Origin: a virus
Taxonomy: Duplodnaviria > Caudoviricetes
IMG/VR virus record: IMGVR_UViG_3300020045_002788
Location: 1-32,650 of that record
Strand: one strand, 5' to 3'
DNA length: 32,650 nucleotides
The position numbers and the translations under genes were made by a program. Position 1 is the first letter of the stretch, and every line of letters begins with the position of its first letter. Of the stretch, positions 27,379 through 32,650 are shown one piece after another. The notes under the pieces are model-generated. The model had not been told where the DNA came from. It worked only from the letters and a program-made list of their open reading frames with translations, and made no database searches.

Positions 27379-27720
27379 ATGCAGATTGAGGACGGGAGAA
27401 TAATTGGATGGCTATGGTGGGCAGTTACAGCCGTTCTGGGTGGGATTGTCTTCTTGCTTGGGTTTATCTACAGCGCCGACAAAAAGCAGATGAACGCCGA
27501 CCGAGCTAGGATTAAAACCTTGGAGGAAAAGATGTCACAAGCGGCAACGATGCCACAAGTAAAGGAGCTAGTTGACGAAGTGAAGGAGGAGTTTAAAGGG
27601 GATCACACCACGATCCTGATAGCCATTGGCGACAGCCACGAACAAACACGCGAATACATTAGAGATATGTTCGATGCCCGCGAAGGCAAGTGGAATGGGA
27701 GAAACCGGAGGAAGAACTAA
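27379..27720 (+). CDS. Membrane protein (one TM plus coiled coil), holin/antiholin-like
   Basis: N-terminal TM IIGWLWWAVTAVLGGIVFLLGFIY. Directly upstream of the endolysin. Confidence 0.6.
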   Translation: MQIEDGRIIGWLWWAVTAVLGGIVFLLGFIYSADKKQMNADRARIKTLEEKMSQAATMPQVKELVDEVKEEFKGDHTTILIAIGDSHEQTREYIRDMFDAREGKWNGRNRRKN

Positions 27721-28112
27721 TGCCATCACTCTCTATCGCTTCAAAGGTTAAACTCGGTGAATGCCACCCAGACCTGAAACGCTTGGTGGAGGAAGTAGTA
27801 AAGAGCATGGACGTAACGGTTATCTGCGGGCATCGTCCGAAAGACGAACAGGACACAGCCTTTGCCGAGGGACGATCAAAAGTACAGTTCCCAAATTCAA
27901 AGCACAATGCCAGCCCATCGAACGCCGTGGACATCGCCCCCTACCCGATTGACTGGAATGACGTGCGCCGCTTTTACTACATGGGCGGATACGTTCTGGG
28001 GGTGGCCGAAAGGCTTGGCATTAAAGTTCGCTGGGGCGGCGATTGGTCGGGCAACTTCGACATCAAAGACCAAAATTTCCACGATTTACCGCACCTGGAG
28101 CTAGTGACATGA
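27720..28112 (+). CDS. Endolysin, M15-family L-Ala-D-Glu peptidase (T5-like)
   Basis: ATG at 27720 overlapping the upstream stop. HPDL, GHR, SKHN, AVD, RWGGDW and DLPHLEL zinc-peptidase motifs. Confidence 0.9.
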   Translation: MPSLSIASKVKLGECHPDLKRLVEEVVKSMDVTVICGHRPKDEQDTAFAEGRSKVQFPNSKHNASPSNAVDIAPYPIDWNDVRRFYYMGGYVLGVAERLGIKVRWGGDWSGNFDIKDQNFHDLPHLELVT

Positions 28113-28513
28113 ACTTCCTATTCAAAGTCCTGTTCATTATCTTTCTGGCGGTCGCGTTTACGTGGAACCTGATAACAAGCGTATGGGCCTCCGGCCACTT
28201 GGTTGAGACCCGCTACTGCTGGCCCATTGTGAGGGACGCTAACGGTGTGATCGTCAGGAGTACGGCTGTAACCAGAGAGTTTAAAAAAGAGCACCCCTGT
28301 CCGGCAACAGGGCTGACCTATGGAGCCTGTGTTGGCTGGCAAATGAACCACGTTATCCCTCTAGCTTGTGGTGGTTGCGATGCCGTGAGCAACATGGACT
28401 GGATGCCGGTGGAAATAAAGAACTGCTCGCAGTGGTATTGTCGTGATCGTTTCGAGCGCAAGATTTACGGTAAATATCCTGGTACAAACTGCACCGCTCC
28501 ACCACTACGTTGA
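28109..28513 (+). CDS. HNH-fold protein with an N-terminal signal peptide or TM
   Basis: ATGA overlap. Hydrophobic N-terminus, then FKKEHPCPATG...C.GWQMNHVIPLACGGCDAVSNMDWM. Confidence 0.7.
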   Translation: MNFLFKVLFIIFLAVAFTWNLITSVWASGHLVETRYCWPIVRDANGVIVRSTAVTREFKKEHPCPATGLTYGACVGWQMNHVIPLACGGCDAVSNMDWMPVEIKNCSQWYCRDRFERKIYGKYPGTNCTAPPLR

Positions 28514-28548
28514 CAATAAACACACTAACATTGACAAAGAGGTGAAAC

Positions 28549-28761
28549 ATGGTTGACAAAGTAAACGATAAACTAAAGGGCTTCCGTGGAATCCTGACCA
28601 TCCTCGGTACTTGGGTAATGCTGTTCATCGACACTTTCTTCGCTCAAGTGTCTGGGTTTTCTCCGGAAGCACTCAAGATCGCCTTTCTTGCCACCCTTCC
28701 CATTACTGCTAAACTGATCTGGACTGAGGCCAAGCCTCGGGTTATGGAGTGGCTGAAATGA
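28549..28761 (+). CDS. Holin-like small membrane protein
   Basis: SD GAGGTG, two hydrophobic segments, 70 aa, in the lysis cassette. Confidence 0.65.
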   Translation: MVDKVNDKLKGFRGILTILGTWVMLFIDTFFAQVSGFSPEALKIAFLATLPITAKLIWTEAKPRVMEWLK

Positions 28762-29087
28762 AAATCTACGCCTACCTAGCAGCCTTTGCAGCCGCCCTAG
28801 CAGCCTTGTGGGGCGTGTATCACGCCGGAGGTGCCGGATGCCGGGAAGCCGCCGCACAAGCCGCTAGGGAGCGCGGAGAGGCCCAGATCATGCATCTGGT
28901 GGAGCTTGAGGAAGCCCGTAAAACGAGAGAGGTTAAATATGTCGATAAAGTGCGTATTGTCAGAGAATCTACCGATAGTTGCCTTGGCGTTCCTTTGCCT
29001 CCTGCTATTCGGATGCAACTCAACGGTGGTGATGAAAAACAACCCTCTACTGACGAGAGACTGCGACAGCCCAAAGTTGTCGGGTAA
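28758..29087 (+). CDS. Rz: i-spanin
   Basis: ATGA overlap. N-terminal TM (MKIYAYLAAFAAALAALWGVY), helical periplasmic part, Cys near the C-terminus. Confidence 0.8.
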   Translation: MKIYAYLAAFAAALAALWGVYHAGGAGCREAAAQAARERGEAQIMHLVELEEARKTREVKYVDKVRIVRESTDSCLGVPLPPAIRMQLNGGDEKQPSTDERLRQPKVVG

Positions 29088-29175
29088 CACCTACCGGGAC
29101 GCTCTGCTGCTTTCCATCGAGCAGGCCAAAGCCCTAGACGAGTGCAGCGGTCGTATGAGGGTGTTGGCTAAGTAG
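28939..29175 (+). CDS. Rz1: o-spanin lipoprotein overlapping the i-spanin
   Basis: ATG at 28939 after GAGG, in the +1 frame of Rz. Lipobox LFGC; LLTRDC..P and a C-terminal C...R pattern. Confidence 0.8.
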   Translation: MSIKCVLSENLPIVALAFLCLLLFGCNSTVVMKNNPLLTRDCDSPKLSGNTYRDALLLSIEQAKALDECSGRMRVLAK

Positions 29176-29338
29176 GGCTGTTCGGCACGTCTGGAACAAG
29201 CAGAACCTTTGCGCCGTTGCACACGTCGCATGTCCAAGACGTAGCTGTTGCCACCCATTCATGAACATCACCGGCAATGTATGGTGGCTTGGAAACTGTG
29301 CCTTGTCCGTCACACTTCGGGCATTTCTGGTAATGCAT
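29168..29338 (-). CDS. Small DnaJ-type Zn-finger protein
   Basis: ATG at 29338 with SD AGGAGG. CPKCDGQG...CDVCNG. Confidence 0.75.
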   Translation of the reverse strand: MHYQKCPKCDGQGTVSKPPYIAGDVHEWVATATSWTCDVCNGAKVLLVPDVPNSPT

Positions 29339-29351
29339 GGTGTCCTCCTGG

Positions 29352-29684
29352 TTAAGTACCCATCTGCTCTTTTCTCCACTCTTCCCAGCTTGGATCAGTT
29401 GCCTTGTGATTAATCCAGTCTGGATGATCCGGTTTAGCCTTGAACGGTTCTTTAATGCGCGGATAGCAACGCCCGCATAGTTGTCTGTACTTAGGCGAAT
29501 GAAGCATGTGTTTTGAGCAGAAGTACAGACCGCACCCACGATCCCCGCCATACGGTTCCCACCCGCAAACGAACGACAATCCTCGGTCAATCTCTTCGTT
29601 ACAATCTGGATGATCGCAGTACGCCGGTACACCGTAACCGATGTCCCGCTTCCATTTATCGTCCCACCCAATTGACCATGACAT
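29352..29684 (-). CDS. Cys/His-rich phage hypothetical protein
   Basis: RDIGYGVPAYCDHPDCNEEIDRGL...CGLYFC..H, 110 aa. Confidence 0.8.
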   Translation of the reverse strand: MSWSIGWDDKWKRDIGYGVPAYCDHPDCNEEIDRGLSFVCGWEPYGGDRGCGLYFCSKHMLHSPKYRQLCGRCYPRIKEPFKAKPDHPDWINHKATDPSWEEWRKEQMGT

Positions 29685-29685
29685 A

Positions 29686-29748
29686 TTATGTACCCATCTG
29701 CTTTAAGTTCTCACGGCGGATGGCTCTAGCCTGTTCTGCCATGTTCAT
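29686..29748 (-). CDS. 20-aa mini-ORF MNMAEQARAIRRENLKQMGT
   Basis: SD AGGAGG, ATGA overlap with the upstream gene. Confidence 0.45.
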   Translation of the reverse strand: MNMAEQARAIRRENLKQMGT

Positions 29749-29918
29749 TTGTTGGCCTCCTTCCTCGCTTCCTTCTTGAGCATCAGGTATGTCGCCCTAG
29801 TGCTGTTCACAGCCACAAGCATACCGTTCGGCATCTTGTGGTAAGCCCGTTTCGGTAAGCCGATGGTGTCGTTTAATGCCTTCTTGCGAAGGGTTTTAAG
29901 GTCTGTTGCGTATTTCAT
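29745..29918 (-). CDS. Small basic hypothetical protein (57 aa)
   Basis: ATG at 29918, SD AGGAGG, ATGA overlap. Confidence 0.65.
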   Translation of the reverse strand: MKYATDLKTLRKKALNDTIGLPKRAYHKMPNGMLVAVNSTRATYLMLKKEARKEANK

Positions 29919-30193
29919 TTGTTGGCCTCCTCGATCATTTGCTTGGCAATGGTTCTCGCAAAATCCCCGTCGCATATTTCAATATCCGTTGAGTTCAAAA
30001 TCATCCGGTAGCCACCCAGCATCTTCTCAGCTTCCGCTTCCAGTTCCGCTATCCGTGCCTCGGCATCCATTCTGTAGGGTCTGAGTTTTACCGTTGTAGA
30101 CACATCTGCCGGTGGGCAGGCTACATTTATAACTTTCCGAACACGCGGCTTACTATAAGCCGTCCCGTTTTCATTTTTTATTCCTGCCGCCAT
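29915..30193 (-). CDS. Hypothetical protein
   Basis: 92 aa. G-rich SD; coiled-coil segment ARIAELEAE. Confidence 0.55.
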   Translation of the reverse strand: MAAGIKNENGTAYSKPRVRKVINVACPPADVSTTVKLRPYRMDAEARIAELEAEAEKMLGGYRMILNSTDIEICDGDFARTIAKQMIEEANK

Positions 30194-30225
30194 ATTTCCC
30201 CCCTAGTAGGGTCTGAGTTTGATTG

Positions 30226-30396
30226 TCATATGGTTGGAACCTGATAAACCATGGCCTGATAATATTCACAGGTTCTATAAATGGGGTGATATACAACACA
30301 CACTCCGCCACAGGGTGACCATCCTAGTTTGATGCTGGACATAACCGCTTCCATCAGAGCAAACTGATGACTCCCAGACTCTATTTTGTATTCCAT
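30226..30396 (-). CDS. DUF1737-like small protein (56 aa, below the ORF-track cutoff)
   Basis: SD GGAGG. MEYKI...GWSPCGGV...YYQAMV matches the GW..GG...QAMV signature. Confidence 0.65.
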   Translation of the reverse strand: MEYKIESGSHQFALMEAVMSSIKLGWSPCGGVCVVYHPIYRTCEYYQAMVYQVPTI

Positions 30397-30429
30397 AATT
30401 CCCTCCTGGAGTTACCTCGAAACCTCTCT

Positions 30430-30690
30430 TTAGGTAGTGGCCGTATCAAGCAACCTTTCAGCAACACACGGCCCACAAATCCAATATGTACCTTCGACGT
30501 TGACGGCTGGAAGGTTGCCACACACGCTGCAACCACCACCTGAATCGGAAATCATCTTTTGCCCAACAGCCGCAGTAATGGCCTTGGCCGCGCCTCGGTG
30601 GAACTTTGTTAGTTCATTCTTCGGGCCAAACGGAGCAAAGTAATCGGCCTGTTTCTCATGCCATGCAATTACTACGTTTAGTTTTGTCAC
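30430..30690 (-). CDS. Hypothetical Zn-finger-like protein
   Basis: GTGA overlap. CSVC...ICGPC. Confidence 0.65.
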   Translation of the reverse strand: MTKLNVVIAWHEKQADYFAPFGPKNELTKFHRGAAKAITAAVGQKMISDSGGGCSVCGNLPAVNVEGTYWICGPCVAERLLDTATT

Positions 30691-31166
30691 CTCGAAACCT
30701 CTCTTGTAAGCTGTACAACTTTATTTTCTTCTGGTGCCGGAAGAAGGTTCTGTGAGTTGATGTGGTCAACCACGCGCATACCGGAAGGAAGTAGCATGTG
30801 GGGCATAAAGGCCGCGTCGAAGCTCATGATGCCACATTCAACGGCTACCACTTGTCCCTTCACCCAGTCCCGCAAGACAGAGCACACAGACACCTGCGCC
30901 TGTGCTAGCGCCTTCTTGTCATGATCTGCCCGCGTTGTTCTTCCTGAATACCTCCACGGATGTTCTTTAAGCCATGCAGACGCATATCCCTTCCAAGAAG
31001 CTTCGAGCGATACCTGACGATTCTTCCACTTGAATTGCACGATGGTCATTCCCCTCTCCGCGTCGGTCATCGTTCCAAAGCTCTGACAGCCGAATTTTGC
31101 AAGGGTGCGCTGTAGTTCGACCAATGCCTTGTCACCTGCTGTAGCTGTTTCGTATGGCAATCTCAT
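30687..31166 (-). CDS. Phage hypothetical protein
   Basis: SD GAGG, 159 aa with globular composition. Confidence 0.75.
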   Translation of the reverse strand: MRLPYETATAGDKALVELQRTLAKFGCQSFGTMTDAERGMTIVQFKWKNRQVSLEASWKGYASAWLKEHPWRYSGRTTRADHDKKALAQAQVSVCSVLRDWVKGQVVAVECGIMSFDAAFMPHMLLPSGMRVVDHINSQNLLPAPEENKVVQLTREVSR

Positions 31167-31219
31167 ATTTCTACCTCTCTAGTTGTCTTGTAAGACGTAT
31201 GCGGTACTGATCCATGGAT

Positions 31220-31633
31220 TCACCCAAGCATCTTTCGCATTTTACTGAGTGAGTTTTCAACAAGTTCCGGGTCACGTTCCGGCCTTGGTAGGGCCACATA
31301 ATCCTTGTGGTAGTACGGCACTTTTTCAGGCAGGCACATGGCTCGGAACTCACTCAGTGTCGGGGGCCAGTCTTCGCCGCTGTCGTTTGGGCCACGCTCA
31401 AGGCAATGCACAAGCCCTGTGCCGACCTGTGCTGGCGTTATGCCATGCAGACCTTTGCGCCAAGTCCCGTCGTCTTCTGGCCCGTAGCTACTGGTCCAGC
31501 GGTGGCCGTACATTCTTGCCATCCGCTCCCAAATCTGGCGCATCTGGTTGTCGGTTAGCACGTTGTCTGGCGCGTTCGTTTGCTGCTCTGACTTTGCCGA
31601 CGGCTGAGTTATCAACTTGCTGATGTGTTCCAT
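31220..31633 (-). CDS. Replication protein P-like / helicase loader
   Basis: SD GGAGG. WERMARMYGHRW...W..GL...WPPTLSEFRAMC resembles lambda P-like proteins; directly downstream of the initiator. Confidence 0.7.
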   Translation of the reverse strand: MEHISKLITQPSAKSEQQTNAPDNVLTDNQMRQIWERMARMYGHRWTSSYGPEDDGTWRKGLHGITPAQVGTGLVHCLERGPNDSGEDWPPTLSEFRAMCLPEKVPYYHKDYVALPRPERDPELVENSLSKMRKMLG

Positions 31634-32291
31634 GTTTTCCTCCGCTTCGTTTTTCCCACGTTATGACCGCAGCTTTCCAGTCCTTCATTGGGTTCTTGCC
31701 TACCTTCCAGCCGTTTGAGTCGTAGAAGCTGATAAAGGCTTCTGGGTCTACGGTGTTTCCTCGTTCGTAGCAGTAGGCTTTTACATCAACGTGTGTTGGC
31801 TTCTTGAACGCACTGGACGCTTTAGCGTCCTTCTTATCTTTAAGTTCTGTATATGCTTTTGCTTTTGCTTCTGTATTGTCTACACAACGTACATTGTCAT
31901 TGACAGTAATTGACGGATTAAGACGCTCTCTGTACTGAGCCTGCTTCAATCGGTTATACTCACGTCTTTCGTCTAGGCCCATCTTGGCCCTGTACTTGGC
32001 ATGGTTGAGTAGTTGCCATCCACCATCTATGGCCTGTATGCGGCGACCATCGTGCTCTTGGGAACGCGAGTCAGGGTCAGGAGCAGACAATCGAGCCAGC
32101 GCCTTCCTAGTGGCCTCTACGGGGATTCTGGCGAAGTCAGCAAGGCCCGGAACACTTCCTTCTGCTATACCGTCTTTGTCGGCCATAGCGAGAAGGGTAA
32201 TCCAGACGATTCGAACCTCCATCGGCTCGCGCCAAACGGTCGAAGCGAGGATGGAATTGAACAACTTTGTGTATCCAGACATAGCAGCCAT
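31488..32291 (-). CDS. Phage replication initiator (O-like)
   Basis: N-terminal wHTH (YTKLFNSILASTVW...WITLLAMAD), low-complexity linker, C-terminal FKKPT...F..FYDSNGWKVGKNPMKDWKAA..TWE. Start may be 32282. Confidence 0.8.
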   Translation of the reverse strand: MAAMSGYTKLFNSILASTVWREPMEVRIVWITLLAMADKDGIAEGSVPGLADFARIPVEATRKALARLSAPDPDSRSQEHDGRRIQAIDGGWQLLNHAKYRAKMGLDERREYNRLKQAQYRERLNPSITVNDNVRCVDNTEAKAKAYTELKDKKDAKASSAFKKPTHVDVKAYCYERGNTVDPEAFISFYDSNGWKVGKNPMKDWKAAVITWEKRSGGKHGTHQQVDNSAVGKVRAANERARQRANRQPDAPDLGADGKNVRPPLDQ

Positions 32292-32313
32292 GTTACCGTC
32301 CTGTCAGCAATTG

Positions 32314-32520
32314 TCAAACATTTTTATCGGGGATACTCGGTGAGGCTTTTTTCGTTCTCGCCTTCTGCCATTCTGAATGCTCCAAAGCAGTTCCATAACG
32401 TACCCTGTCTGGGTGCCCCATAGCCGCTTCGTAACAAGTTTCTTGTCCATGTGGGTAAGAACGGCTACCACAACAAAGCCAGTAGTTCACTGTGTCATCA
32501 ACCGGATTTGGGCCTTTCAT
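32314..32520 (-). CDS. Hypothetical protein
   Basis: SD GAGG, ATGA overlap with the upstream partial ORF. Confidence 0.55.
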   Translation of the reverse strand: MKGPNPVDDTVNYWLCCGSRSYPHGQETCYEAAMGHPDRVRYGTALEHSEWQKARTKKASPSIPDKNV

Positions 32521-32650
32521 TTCTTTAACCTCAAAAGAACATCCACTAAGTCAGCCCTAAGCCTGTCTTGGTGGCATGCGGTACAAATTCTGTTTATCGG
32601 CCTGCCCATTCTGTTTCTATCTGGGACGGTGGCAGGTTTAAGTTTGCACA
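32517..32650 (-). CDS. Partial hypothetical protein (5' end outside the window)
   Basis: Open frame CKLKPATVPDRNRMGRPINRICTACHQDRLRADLVDVLLRLKK* coupled to the next gene. Confidence 0.5.
   Translation of the reverse strand, partial: CKLKPATVPDRNRMGRPINRICTACHQDRLRADLVDVLLRLKK

Noticed and set aside
29352-30705. CRISPR array or integron attC interpretation of the repeats
   Set aside because: The repeat pairs differ from each other, are not palindromic or regularly spaced, and no cas or integrase gene is present.

Overview
This window is most of a tailed dsDNA phage or prophage genome of a Gram-negative host (it carries Rz/Rz1 spanins and an outer-membrane beta-barrel moron). The + strand (340-29175) is a late operon with podovirus-like (P22-type) architecture: terminase small and large subunits, portal, scaffold, Mu gpT-like major capsid, several beta-rich decoration or fibre proteins, head-tail adaptor, an inserted HNH endonuclease, tail nozzle, tail fibre, GNAT, three DNA-ejection proteins and a lysis cassette. 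The - strand (29168-32650) is an early replication/nin-like region with an initiator, a lambda P-like loader and many small genes. No integrase, tRNA, rRNA or CRISPR array was seen. The most notable signals are: (1) a canonical chromosomal parS palindrome inside a virion gene; (2) three exact copies of a 16-bp motif that contains a XerD-type dif arm and also reads as a promoter element, two of them followed by ~200-nt structured leaders; (3) small early genes each bracketed by its own 15-18 bp direct repeat; (4) an HNH gene that duplicates the start (MATR) of the gene it sits in front of; (5) an apparent ATC start codon for the tail fibre; (6) an ADP-ribosyltransferase-like domain in an ejection protein; (7) an HNH-fold protein with a signal peptide in the lysis cassette. 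All family calls come from reading motifs by eye; no database searches were run.
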